Shown piece by piece: positions 20,446 through 30,334 of a DNA stretch of 64,000 nt. A program made the translations under genes and the position numbers. Location of the stretch: positions 128,001 to 192,000 of the forward strand of contig CAWBQK010000007.1 of NCBI GenBank assembly GCA_963791045.1. The letters run 5' to 3'. The notes under the pieces were generated by a model. That model had not been told where the DNA came from, made no database searches, and worked only from the letters and a program-made list of their open reading frames with translations. Origin of the DNA: Candidatus Latescibacterota bacterium. GTDB lineage: Bacteria; Krumholzibacteriota; Krumholzibacteriia; WVZY01. How positions within the stretch are numbered: the first letter of the stretch is position 1; each line of letters begins with the position of its first letter.

Positions 20446-21618
20446 ATGGCAAAGTTGAACAAACCAAGAGTTGAATGTGATCGGCGCATTCTTTTAATCG
20501 TGCTTTTTCTGATGGCGATCGGCGCCAGTCTGGTTGCGTCTTCCAGTTCGTACTTTGCCGCGGCCAAGTTCGCCGATCCGTACTTGCTTCTCAAAAAACA
20601 CATCGTACGGATCTTTATTGCCGGTTTGTTTCTCACGCTTGCCGTCAAACTCGATTACCGGATTTTCCGCCGGCCGGCGCCGTTTATTTTTGGGATCGGT
20701 GTCATTACACTGGTCGGTCTTTTTATATTCGGGCACGTCATTCGGGACACGGTGCGGTGGTACAAGATCGAGTCGCTTCAGATGACGGTTCAGCCCGCCG
20801 AATTTGCGCGGCTTGCGCTCATCGTTTTTCTAGCCTACTGGATCGCTCGGGTCGGAAAGCAGATGAGTGATTTCACAAACGGATTTTTGCCCGCGGCGCT
20901 CGCCGTCCTTCTTGTTGTGGGTTTGATGGCCGCTCAGCCGAATTACGGCACCGCCTCCGCGACGGCGATCATAGCGTTCATCATTCTATTTGTCGGAGGG
21001 GCGAAGATTCTCCATCTTGCGGCGCTCGCGGGAACGTTCGCGGGAGTGGCGGTGATACGCGTGTTGAGCGTGGATTATCTCAGGGAACGGATTGTCGCCT
21101 TTCTGAATCGCAGTGAAGACTTGACGGCGATGAACTGGCAGCCGTTCCAATCGCTCATCGGTCTGGGTTCAGGTGGGATCTTCGGGATTGGATTCGGGGA
21201 AAGCAAGCAAAAGCTCAACTGGCTCCCCGACTCCCACACGGATTTTATTTTCTCGATTCTGGGGGAAGAGGCGGGGCTCGTGGGGACGTTTATCGTGAGC
21301 CTGTTGTTTCTGCTTCTTGCGCTCCGTGCGTTGAAGATCTCGACAAAAAGCGGAGACACCTTCGGACAGTATCTGGTTATCGGACTCGGCACATCGGTAT
21401 TCGTCTACGCCGTTCTCAATATGATGGTCGCTACGGGCCTTTTCCCGGTGACGGGATTACCTCTCCCGTTTTTGAGTTACGGAGGGTCCGCGCTGGTGGC
21501 CAACGCTTTTTCGGTCGGAATCCTTCTGAACGTTTCGAAGAAGCGTTCGACCCGCAGGGTTCAAAGGCCGCGACGACAGCGTGGCGTTTTGAGGAGTGAG
21601 GCGACATGCGTGTCATGA
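20446..21618 (+). CDS. ftsW: SEDS peptidoglycan polymerase FtsW
   Basis: 'QPAEF', 'LPDSHTDFIF...EE.G', 'P.TGLPLPF.SYGGS'. Confidence 0.94.
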   Translation: MAKLNKPRVECDRRILLIVLFLMAIGASLVASSSSYFAAAKFADPYLLLKKHIVRIFIAGLFLTLAVKLDYRIFRRPAPFIFGIGVITLVGLFIFGHVIRDTVRWYKIESLQMTVQPAEFARLALIVFLAYWIARVGKQMSDFTNGFLPAALAVLLVVGLMAAQPNYGTASATAIIAFIILFVGGAKILHLAALAGTFAGVAVIRVLSVDYLRERIVAFLNRSEDLTAMNWQPFQSLIGLGSGGIFGIGFGESKQKLNWLPDSHTDFIFSILGEEAGLVGTFIVSLLFLLLALRALKISTKSGDTFGQYLVIGLGTSVFVYAVLNMMVATGLFPVTGLPLPFLSYGGSALVANAFSVGILLNVSKKRSTRRVQRPRRQRGVLRSEATCVS

Positions 21619-22754
21619 TCGCCGGTGGTGGGACCGGTGGCCATATTTATCCGGGTATCGCGATGTACAACGCGCTGAAACGGCGAACGGACGACATAGA
21701 TGTTCTGTTCGTCGGCGCGCGCGCCGGTGTCGAGAAGAAGATTTTTTCCGAGCTCGGACTTCCTCACGTGCTGCTTCCCGGGCGGGGTGTGCGCGGGAAG
21801 GGTCTGCTTTCAAAGTTGACGAGCCCGCTGGTTATCCTCCGGGCGGTAATAGGGGGCACTCGGGAGATCCTCTCGTTCAAACCTGATGTAGTGATCGGTA
21901 CGGGCGGTTATGCGAGTTTTGCCGTTGTTGCCGCTTCGGTGCTCTGCCGGCGGACGCGGGTTCTCCAGGAGCAAAACAGCGTTCCGGGAATGACAAATCG
22001 CTTCCTGTCGCGGGTTGCCGATCTGGTTTTGCTTTCGTTCGAAGAGTCGAAATCGTTCATTCGCCGGGGTGTTCCCGTCGCGGTTGTCGGCAACCCGATC
22101 CGTGTCGATCTATCGACGACGCGTGATCAAGCGCTCGACTTCTTTGGTTTGTCGCCCGCAATGCCTACGGTGTTGGTGTGTGGCGGCAGCAGAGGCGCGC
22201 GATCGATAAATACGAGCGCCGCCGCCGCGGCGAAGGAAATCCTCGAAAAGAGAGACGTCCAGTTTATTTTTCTGACCGGCGATCTCGATTTTGAAACGAT
22301 AAACGGGGAGCTAAATGGGTTCAAAGACCGCGTCCGTGTTTTCCCATTCCTGCAGGAAATGAACCATGCCTACCGTGCGGCCGACATTGCCGTTTCGCGG
22401 GCCGGCGCGTCCGCGGTGTTCGAACTTGGCGCATTCGGCGTTCCGACGGTATTCGTGCCGTACCCGCACGCCGCGGATGATCACCAAAGAAAAAATGTAG
22501 CCGGCCTCAAAAAACTCGATGCCGTGGCCACCGTCGACGATGGCGAACTCAGCGGGGAACACCTGCGAACAATTCTTGAAGCGCTTCTTGATGATGAGGC
22601 GGGGAGGAACAAAATGAAAAACACTTTTTCCGCGTGGGCGAAACCCGACGCGGACGATTTGGCCGCCGAGAAAATTATGGATCTGGTGGTCCGCACACGT
22701 TCACACCACGCGCCCTGGCCGACTCGGGTTCGTCGGCGCGTAGAAGAAATGTAG
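21606..22754 (+). CDS. murG: Lipid II GlcNAc transferase MurG
   Basis: 'GGGTGGHIYP', 'EQNS.PG..N', 'GNPIR', 'GGSRGA', 'SRAGA', 'HQ..N'. Confidence 0.96.
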   Translation: MRVMIAGGGTGGHIYPGIAMYNALKRRTDDIDVLFVGARAGVEKKIFSELGLPHVLLPGRGVRGKGLLSKLTSPLVILRAVIGGTREILSFKPDVVIGTGGYASFAVVAASVLCRRTRVLQEQNSVPGMTNRFLSRVADLVLLSFEESKSFIRRGVPVAVVGNPIRVDLSTTRDQALDFFGLSPAMPTVLVCGGSRGARSINTSAAAAAKEILEKRDVQFIFLTGDLDFETINGELNGFKDRVRVFPFLQEMNHAYRAADIAVSRAGASAVFELGAFGVPTVFVPYPHAADDHQRKNVAGLKKLDAVATVDDGELSGEHLRTILEALLDDEAGRNKMKNTFSAWAKPDADDLAAEKIMDLVVRTRSHHAPWPTRVRRRVEEM

Positions 22755-22761
22755 GGACAAG

Positions 22762-24144
22762 ATGGTTTACCTGGGACGGACAAGGAGAATTCATTTCGTC
22801 GGGATCGGCGGAATCGGAATGAGCGGAATCGCGGAGGTTCTTCTCAACCTCGGTTTCGATGTATCCGGATCGGATCTCAACAAATCCGATATAACCGATA
22901 ATCTCGAAAAGCTCGGAGCGAGGATCAACTATGTTCACGAGGCGTTCAACGTCGTCGACTGCGACGTTGTCGTTTACTCGAGCGCGGTAACGGCGACCAA
23001 CCCCGAACTTGTCGAGGCCAAGAAGCACGCTGTTCCGACGATCCCGAGGGCCGAGATGCTCGCCGAGTTGATGCGGCTCAAGTTCGCGGTGACCGTCGGC
23101 GGGTCGCACGGGAAAACAACGACCACCTCACTGATCTCTTCCGTCCTGGCCGAGGGCGGGCTCGACCCGACGATCGTGGTGGGCGGTAAGCTCAGATCCT
23201 CGAGCAGCAACGTGAGGTTGGGGAGCAGCAGGTACATGGTGGCGGAGGCGGATGAAAGCGATGGATCGTTCGTTCAGCTTCCGTCGAGCATTGTTGTAAT
23301 CACCAATATTGACCGTGAACATCTCGACTACTACCACGATCTGGAGTCGATAAAAGACCATTTTGTCCAGTATGCGGGGCGGGTTCCTTTCTATGGGTCG
23401 GTCGTTGTGTGCGTCGACGATGAGAATATCCGATCGATTCTCCCTAGAATAAGAAAACGGAAAGTGACATACGGGCTCGATGAACCCGCCGACATTTCGG
23501 GGAAGGTTGTCGAGAGGTCCGAGGCGGGATGCCGCGTCGACGTGAATTATCAGAACCGGCTTATCGGCGATATCCTCGTCGGAATGCCCGGTGACCATTA
23601 CGTGAGAAATACGCTCGCCGCGGTGGCCGTCGGTATGGAACTGGATGTTCCCTTTGTGGCAATCAAAAAGGCAATAGAGTCCTTTGAGGGCGTCGGTAGA
23701 CGGTTCGAAGTGAAGGGAACAGTTGGCGGGGTAACGGTAGTCGATGATTACGGGCATCATCCGACCGAAATATCTGCGACGATACGCGCCGCCCGCGAAA
23801 ACCTCGGTAAGCGAGTCGTCGTCCTTTTTCAGCCGCATCGTTATACACGCACCCAGGCGCTGGCCGAACAGTTCGGCACTTGCTTCGAAGGCGCCGACTC
23901 GGTGCTCGTCGCGGATATCTACGCGGCGGGCGAAGAGCCGATTCCAGGCGTGTCTTCGCAGATCGTTATCGAAGCGGTCAACAAGCACGGAGGCGTCCAT
24001 GCGGAACACATCGACTCTTTCGACAAGATGGTCGATGAAGTCTGCGGTCGCGTGCGGGACGGAGACCTGGTGCTGACTCTTGGAGCGGGCGACATTTACA
24101 AAGTCGGAGAGCGAATTCTCGAACGGCTCAAAGGAGCCCAGTGA
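22762..24144 (+). CDS. murC: UDP-MurNAc:L-Ala ligase MurC
   Basis: 'GIGGIGMSGIA', 'GSHGKTTT', 'EADESDGSF', 'DDYGHHPTEI', 'FQPHRYTRT'. Confidence 0.97.
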   Translation: MVYLGRTRRIHFVGIGGIGMSGIAEVLLNLGFDVSGSDLNKSDITDNLEKLGARINYVHEAFNVVDCDVVVYSSAVTATNPELVEAKKHAVPTIPRAEMLAELMRLKFAVTVGGSHGKTTTTSLISSVLAEGGLDPTIVVGGKLRSSSSNVRLGSSRYMVAEADESDGSFVQLPSSIVVITNIDREHLDYYHDLESIKDHFVQYAGRVPFYGSVVVCVDDENIRSILPRIRKRKVTYGLDEPADISGKVVERSEAGCRVDVNYQNRLIGDILVGMPGDHYVRNTLAAVAVGMELDVPFVAIKKAIESFEGVGRRFEVKGTVGGVTVVDDYGHHPTEISATIRAARENLGKRVVVLFQPHRYTRTQALAEQFGTCFEGADSVLVADIYAAGEEPIPGVSSQIVIEAVNKHGGVHAEHIDSFDKMVDEVCGRVRDGDLVLTLGAGDIYKVGERILERLKGAQ

Positions 24145-24181
24145 TCAACGGCGAAAGAGCCGCAGTGGAAGCAAGGAAACG

Positions 24182-25093
24182 ATGAAAACGGACGTGGAGC
24201 AAAGAATTCGGCAATCGCTCGAGCGTGCATGCGGCTCCGGGCTCCGTCTCGATGAGCCGATGTCGCGCCACACCACGTTCGGCGCCGGCGGTGCGGCGCG
24301 ATATTTTGCTGAGCCCGATTGCACGCGGGATGTGGTTGCGCTCGTTCGTGCGGCTTTGAAATTCGATGTCCGCTTCATCGGGATCGGCAGAGGGTCCAAT
24401 CTCATTGTCCGCGATGGCGGTTTTGACGGCATTGTGATCAAGGTTGCGTCAAAACTCGGTCAACTCGACTTGCGGGCGCGCACGGCGAATGCCGAGGCTG
24501 GTGTGTCGTTCACGCGTCTCGGTCGGACCTTGACGCGTGAAGGACGGCCGGGGTTCGAGTTTGCCGTCGGAATCCCCGGTTCCGTAGGCGGTGCGGTACG
24601 GATGAATGCCGGCGCGTGGGGTGGTGAGGTTTCAAAGGTCCTGAAGAGCGTAAAACTCGTCGACCGCACCGGTCGCATATCCGTTCTTCAGTCCGATCAG
24701 CTCGGTTTTGGATATCGAAAAAGCGAAATTCCTGCGGGCGCGATCGTGCTTTCGACGGTCTTCAACTGTCCGCCGGGCGAGATGGATGAGGACGCGGTTC
24801 GGGAAGCCCTGCGGCGTTTAGATACCCAACCGCTCTCCAAAAGAAGTTTTGGAAGCACGTTCAAGAATCCGCCCGGGGATCACGCGGCGAGAATGATCGA
24901 CGCGTGCGGGCTCAAAGGCGCACGCCGGGGGAATGTGATTGTGTCGGAAAAACACGCGAACTTTCTCGAAAATGACGGTGAGGATACCAGAGCAAACGAT
25001 GTAGAAGATTTGATGACGATGATAGTCGAAACGGTCAGATCCCGTTTCGACATCACGCTGGACCCGGAGGTGATCATAATTGGCGATCGTTAG
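24182..25093 (+). CDS. murB: UDP-N-acetylenolpyruvoylglucosamine reductase MurB
   Basis: 'G.GSNL', 'GIPGSVGGA.RMNAGA', 'GS.FKNP', 'SEKHANF', 'L.PEV'. Confidence 0.94.
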   Translation: MKTDVEQRIRQSLERACGSGLRLDEPMSRHTTFGAGGAARYFAEPDCTRDVVALVRAALKFDVRFIGIGRGSNLIVRDGGFDGIVIKVASKLGQLDLRARTANAEAGVSFTRLGRTLTREGRPGFEFAVGIPGSVGGAVRMNAGAWGGEVSKVLKSVKLVDRTGRISVLQSDQLGFGYRKSEIPAGAIVLSTVFNCPPGEMDEDAVREALRRLDTQPLSKRSFGSTFKNPPGDHAARMIDACGLKGARRGNVIVSEKHANFLENDGEDTRANDVEDLMTMIVETVRSRFDITLDPEVIIIGDR

Positions 25094-25850
25094 AACAAAG
25101 AAACAGAACAAAAAGGCCGCGAAAGTTCTCGTTATGAGACTGTTGACGTCGGCGATGCTTGGAGTCTTGATATTCGGTCTGTTCCATGTTTACAATTTCA
25201 TGACGACGAGCGAAAAACTCAGCGTCACCCTGGTGGAATTCGAGGGCTTAAGCCGTGTGGACTCGACGGAGATCGACAGACTTGTTGCCGATATCCGCGG
25301 GGAGAACATCCTCCTGGTTCCAATAGAAAAGTACGAGGCGCGTTTCGACGGGCATCCGCGGATCCAGAATGTGAGATTTAAAAAGATTCTTCCCAACAGG
25401 GTCGTTTGCACCGTGGAAGAGAGAGAACCGGTGGCCCTTATCTACACAAAAGATTTTTACGAGGTTGACCGGGAGGGGATGGTCTTGACGGCGGACGCGC
25501 TGACCGCATACCTCGATTTGCCAATAATTTCGGGTTTGAGCGGGAAATCGGTCAAGGAGGGGGAATTCTGCGATGATGTTCGTCTGGCAAGCTCGCTCGA
25601 GATTCTTTCATACTGCAAGAAATACGGGGGTAGTTTCGCCAACGATATATCCGAATTAAAGATAGCGGACAATGGAATAAATCTTGTCTCTTTGAAAGAA
25701 GGTGTGGTATTGCTGCTCGGTGAGTCCGAGTATGAGAACCGTCTGAAGAAATACTTTCTCATAAGGAATACCATCGCCAAGAGGGACGAATCAGCAAAAA
25801 CGATCGATCTGAGATTCGACGACCAGGTCGTTCTGCGGAGCGGGATCTAG
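25080..25850 (+). CDS. ftsQ: Cell division protein FtsQ/DivIB
   Basis: N-terminal TM, POTRA-like region, 'LPN...EREP.A', C-terminal 'IDLRF'. Confidence 0.88.
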   Translation: MAIVRTKKQNKKAAKVLVMRLLTSAMLGVLIFGLFHVYNFMTTSEKLSVTLVEFEGLSRVDSTEIDRLVADIRGENILLVPIEKYEARFDGHPRIQNVRFKKILPNRVVCTVEEREPVALIYTKDFYEVDREGMVLTADALTAYLDLPIISGLSGKSVKEGEFCDDVRLASSLEILSYCKKYGGSFANDISELKIADNGINLVSLKEGVVLLLGESEYENRLKKYFLIRNTIAKRDESAKTIDLRFDDQVVLRSGI

Positions 25851-25863
25851 ACCTGAGAGGCAG

Positions 25864-27108
25864 GTGGAAACATTGAGAACAGAAGCGCGAATAATCGGAA
25901 GCATCGACATGGGGACCACCAAAGTCTCGGCCCTCCTCGGTGAACGGCTGGAAGACGGTATTCGAGTCGTAGGGATCGGTAATGCGCCTTCGGACGGGCT
26001 CAAACAGGGTGTTGTGGTGGATATCGACAAGGCTTCGGCCTCGGTTGAACGTGCGGTGGGGGAAGCCGAACGGATGGCGGGCGTCCATTTAAAGCGCTAC
26101 AACGTGGGTGTGGCCGGCGAACATATCCGGAGCATGAACAGCCGCGGGGTAGTCGGGATTCCCAGCCAGGATCATGAAATCACGCGGGAAGACGTGGTGA
26201 AGACGCTGACGGCCGGACGAAGTTTCGCGCTCCCGTCGGACCGGGAAATCCTTCACACACTCCCGCAGCAGTACATCGTGGACGACCAGGCGGGGATCCA
26301 GGAGCCGTGCGGAATGTACGGTTCGAGACTCGAAGCCCGGATCCATGTGGTCACCGCGTCGAGGCATGCACTCGATAATATTGCAAAAACTCTTGACAAC
26401 ACACGCCTCGAGGTTGGTGAATTGGTGTTGGAGCCCCTCGCATCGAGTGAGGCGGTCCTGACAAGGGACGAAAAAGAGCTTGGCGTGATGCTGATTGACA
26501 TCGGCGGCGGCACGACAGACGTCATGATTTACCATGACGGGGGCGTTATCGCGAGCGGTGTGATCGGTATCGGCGGCAACAACGTGACCGCCGACGTCGC
26601 CTACGGTTTGCGGACGGCGGTGAATTCCGCGGAGACAATAAAGATCGAGCATGGTTGCGCATTGTCAACCATGGTCGACGCGGGAGAGAAAGTAGAAGTT
26701 CCCGGCATAGGGTTTCGGGAAACAAAACAAGTTGGAAGACAACTTCTCTCCGCGATAATCGAACCGAGAGTTACCGAGTTGTTTACATTGATAAACGACC
26801 AGTTGAACAAAAATGATTTCAAGGGAACTTTGGGCGCGGGTGTCGTACTCACGGGCGGATCGTCGCTCTTGATGGGTACCCGCGAGCTGGCGGAACAAAT
26901 ATTCGACGTCCCCGTCAGGATCGGCGCTCCGATCGGTGTCGACGGGCTCGCCGAAGTTGTCAGCCACCCCATGTATGCAACGGGAGTCGGTCTCCTTCGT
27001 TACGACGGTGACGCATACGAAATGGGTGGTTACACACGGATATCCTCTCGCCAGTGGTGGAAGCAGTCATTCAATCACCTTCGGAAGGCAATTGCCAGTT
27101 TCATCTAG
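25864..27108 (+). CDS. ftsA: Cell division protein FtsA
   Basis: 'DMGTTKV', 'DIGGGTTD', 'VLTGG', C-terminal amphipathic helix. Confidence 0.96.
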   Translation: METLRTEARIIGSIDMGTTKVSALLGERLEDGIRVVGIGNAPSDGLKQGVVVDIDKASASVERAVGEAERMAGVHLKRYNVGVAGEHIRSMNSRGVVGIPSQDHEITREDVVKTLTAGRSFALPSDREILHTLPQQYIVDDQAGIQEPCGMYGSRLEARIHVVTASRHALDNIAKTLDNTRLEVGELVLEPLASSEAVLTRDEKELGVMLIDIGGGTTDVMIYHDGGVIASGVIGIGGNNVTADVAYGLRTAVNSAETIKIEHGCALSTMVDAGEKVEVPGIGFRETKQVGRQLLSAIIEPRVTELFTLINDQLNKNDFKGTLGAGVVLTGGSSLLMGTRELAEQIFDVPVRIGAPIGVDGLAEVVSHPMYATGVGLLRYDGDAYEMGGYTRISSRQWWKQSFNHLRKAIASFI

Positions 27109-27129
27109 TGCGACGAAAGGAGAGCGGTT

Positions 27130-28324
27130 ATGGGTATGCGTTTTCACCTCGATGAAGAGAAGAGGCTGACCGAATTAAAGGTCGTTGGAATCGGGGGCGC
27201 CGGGGGGAATGCCGTTAACCGGATGTTGAGCAGTGGCTTTTCCGGAGTCGATTTTCTCGCTGTGAACACCGATCTTCAGGTGCTTCGCGGCGCGACGGCG
27301 CAGCAGCGGCTTCAGATAGGACAAAAGCTCACGCGCGGCCTGGGGTCGGGCGGTGTGCCGGATATGGGAAGGGACGCGGCGGAAGAAAGCAGGGAAGTTA
27401 TTAAGGAGAGTCTCCAGGGCGCCGACATGGTGTTTCTCACCTGCGGCATGGGTGGAGGCACGGGGACCGGCGCGTCGCCGATCGTTGCGCAGATCGCCCG
27501 CGAGACCGGCGCGCTCACGGTTGGAATCGTTACAAAGCCGTTCTTCTTTGAAGGCGATCAGCGAATCGCGCAGGCGGAAGAGGGAATAGAGGAATTGAAA
27601 CGTGAAGTGGACACACTTCTCGTTATTCCCAACGACAAGCTTCTTGCGATAACCGAGGAGAACACTCCGCTTCTCGACGCGTTTTCAATTGCCGACGAGG
27701 TGCTCTGCAACGCAACCCGTGGAATCTCCGATCTCATTACCGAGACCGGGGTCGTCAATCTTGACTTCGCCGATGTGAAAAGCGTAATGCGGAATGGCGG
27801 CGACGCCATCATGGGTACTGGGATAGCGCGAGGAGATGCGGGCGCCGAGGAAGCTGCAAGAGTTGCGATCAATAGCCCGCTTCTCGACAACGTGTCGATA
27901 AAAGGAGCCAGCGGAATTCTCGTGAATATCACTGGGTCCAAGACCTTGAGTCTCCAGCAAGTGAGTAAGGCCGCGACGATCGTGAACAAGGAAGCGGGAC
28001 CGGGCGTCCATGTATTCCTCGGCGCGGTTATCAATGACTCGCTCGAGGCTGATGAACTCAGCGTGACGGTTATCGCGACAGGATTCAACTCTGCCCCGAA
28101 GAGAAGAGAAGAACAGGTTGAGGAAAAAAAGGCGATCAATTTTACCGAGTTGTTGAGCAAACAGCCGGCATCCGAGATTTCCCTCTCGAAAGAAGAGCCG
28201 GTCGCCGGAAGAGAAAAAAGAGACAAAAGAAGAAGAGACTGTCGTGATAGACAACGGGTCTATCCGTTCGTTCAACTCGGATAATTTCAGGATACCCACC
28301 TTCGTTCGCAAGCAGATGGACTAA
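27130..28324 (+). CDS. ftsZ: Cell division protein FtsZ (single-base frameshift near 28205; conserved C-terminal peptide in the +1 frame)
   Basis: 'GGAGGNA', 'GMGGGTGTG', 'NLDFADV'. The +1 frame from 28208 reads EEKKETKEEETVVIDNGSIRSFNSDNFRIPTFVRKQMD* (stop 28322-28324). Confidence 0.95.
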
Positions 28325-28337
28325 CCTGGAGGTAGAC

Positions 28338-29988
28338 TTGTCGATTTGGAGCCGGTTGTTCCGGGTCTCTGCCGGTGACCAGTATCACAAAGGAATCCGG
28401 TACTTCAACGAAGGTGATTACGACCGCGCCATTGAATGCCTCGAAGAGGTAGTGGCCGGCGATAAAAGCCGCGAAAGCCCCATCGCGAAACTCGGCGCTT
28501 TTTATGCGGCGGAGGCGCATAGCAAGCTCGGGATTGCAGAGTTTCACCGCGAGAACTACGACAAAGCGCTGATCCATTTCAAGGCGGCGCTGCAGGTTAA
28601 CCCGCACTACCCCGACCTCTACTATTATCTCGGCGTCGTGAATCACAAACAGGGTGAACTCGACGTCGCCGTTGAGTATCTGAAAAAGGCGACCGAGCTC
28701 AACCCGGATTATGCAGAGGCGACTTGCTATCTGGGAATAGCGCTCCACGACGGTGGTTATTTCGACCGGGCCGGCAAGTGTTTTTCACACGCTCTGGAAC
28801 TTACCAGGGCGGTGCCCAACCCCCTCAGCCGGCTCCTCATGGATAAGCTCGAATCAAAATCGTTTGAGCATCCTATCCTTCAGGAACTCAAAAACGCGGC
28901 TCTTGAGAATACGAATTTCGAAGAGACCGTGAAAGAGGGTAATCGCGCGTTCAACAACCACGATTACGAGAGGGCGGCCGCGTGTTTTGCGGAGGCCTCC
29001 CACAAGAAGCCCTCCTACGCCGATCTTCACTGCAAACTCGGTTTGGCTTTTCTCGAATTGGGAAGGGATGAGGAAGCGATAGAAAGCCTCAAGCGATCGC
29101 TTCAACAGAATCCAACTTATGTCGAAGCCCTCTATTGTCTCGGAGTGACGTGCTATCAAGGAAAAGATTACGTGGCGAGTCGAGAGCACCTGGAGAGGGC
29201 AGTGGCGTTGAGGCCTGAATACGCGGATATTCACTGCCAACTCGGCATAGCGATGCTCGCGCTGGGAGAATTTGCGGCGGCGAAGGACCGAATTTGAAAA
29301 TGCCGTCGAGATTTCGCAATCTTATGCGAAGGCCCACTACATGCTCGGGATGGCTCTTCATGCGCTGGGTGACAATGATGCGGCGAATGTCGAGCTCAAG
29401 GAATCGCTTGCCCTCACGCCCGACTTGTTTCCCGCGGCAATCGATTCCGGGCTGGCGTGTCTGGGTTCTTCGGATTGGGCGGGTGCGGTGGATCGGTTCA
29501 GCAGAATCATAGACAAGAAACCCGACCAGGCGGACGCGCATTGTTTTCTGGGGATCGCTTGTCTCAACGAAGGTAATCTCGACGAAGCGGGAGAAAGGCT
29601 GTCTCGTGCATTGGAGTTGAACCCGGAGTATGTTGAGGCAAAAAAACAACTCGCGCTTGTTCACTTCAAGAAAGAACGTTACGAGGCGGCGGAACAATTG
29701 ATAAGAGAAGCCGTCGAGATTCATCCCGACTACGCGGATCTGCACAAAATTCTTGGAGACATTTGTTTGGCGCAAGATTATCTGTCACAGGCAAGGCAAG
29801 CGTACGAAGATGCGCTTGCGTCAAACCCCGATTTTTCGGACGCCGTTCTGGGTCTGGTGGTCGCTTTGCGGCGTGATGGCCGCGGAGACGCCGCCGACAC
29901 TATCCTTCGAACCTACCTCGACAGGCATCCTGCTGACCTCGCTGTGCGACTGCTCCTTGCAGACAAGCGGATGCAACTCCTTGATTGA
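28338..29988 (+). CDS. Multi-TPR protein, split by a single-base frameshift near 29285 (ORFs 28338-29297 and 29272-29988)
   Basis: Continuous 'P.YA(D/E)..LG' TPR repeats across both ORFs. Removing one base gives '..FAAAKTEFENAVE..'. GGAGG RBS precedes the TTG start. Confidence 0.8.
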
Positions 29989-30039
29989 CAATGACTAAGA
30001 TCGGAAAACACAAGGTGTGGGTGGGTGCGGGTGGTGATA

Positions 30040-30168
30040 ACCGTCTTGTAAACAGTAAGGAAGGACTCCCAACCAGAGTATCCGAAATCACTTGGACCGA
30101 GAACACAGGAAGAGGAAACAAGTTTCGTCCCAGATAACACGGAGCCACAGCTAGTCGAGAATCCTTCC
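30040..30168 (-). ncRNA. Candidate structured small RNA (long hairpin, 18-bp closing stem, CU-rich apical loop)
   Basis: Minus-strand GGAAGGAUUCUCGACUAG (30168-30151) pairs with CUGGUUGGGAGUCCUUCC (30076-30059) with 4 G-U pairs, which would be A-C mismatches on the plus strand. Inner stems are present and a promoter lies directly upstream. Confidence 0.6.
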
Positions 30169-30175
30169 ATAAATT

Positions 30176-30204
30176 AGTTTAGTTACAAAACTCTGTGCTG
30201 TCAA
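30176..30204 (-). promoter_or_regulatory. Sigma70-type promoter driving the minus-strand hairpin RNA
   Basis: Minus strand TTGACA-N17-TAAACT. The predicted +1 (about 30168-30170) coincides with the 5' end of the stem. Confidence 0.65.
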
Positions 30205-30256
30205 CGCGGCCCGCGCAATTTGTTTATAAAATCAATATAACCAGGTCAAGCAAATG

Positions 30257-30334
30257 CGATAGCTGGCGGGCGTGTTGAGTTCGTTATCTAATTGTTTCCT
30301 CTGTGAATAGGCAATAAGTTTAAACAAACGCTCG
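30257..30334 (+). ncRNA. Second hairpin RNA candidate, apparently paralogous to the minus-strand RNA (or a recG leader element)
   Basis: CGGGCGU/ACGCUCG, UUGAGUU/AGUUUAA and GUU-A-UCUA/UAGG-C-AAU stems (G-U pairs favour plus) close a loop with the same UUGUUUCCUCU motif. Confidence 0.4.

Noticed and set aside
28214-28220. AAAAAAG slippery site as a programmed ftsZ frameshift
   Set aside because: The heptamer is out of phase and promotes -1 shifts, whereas +1 is required. Other nearby indels point to sequencing error.
29991-30137. 48-aa plus-strand ORF (MTKIGKHKVWVGAGG...) antisense to the hairpin RNA, as a possible type I toxin
   Set aside because: No SD, not hydrophobic, no recognisable motif. 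The sequence is better explained by RNA structure on the other strand.
30059-30168. 4.5S SRP RNA
   Set aside because: Size and rod shape fit, but the conserved CAGG..GNRA..AGCA helix-8 motif is absent on both strands.
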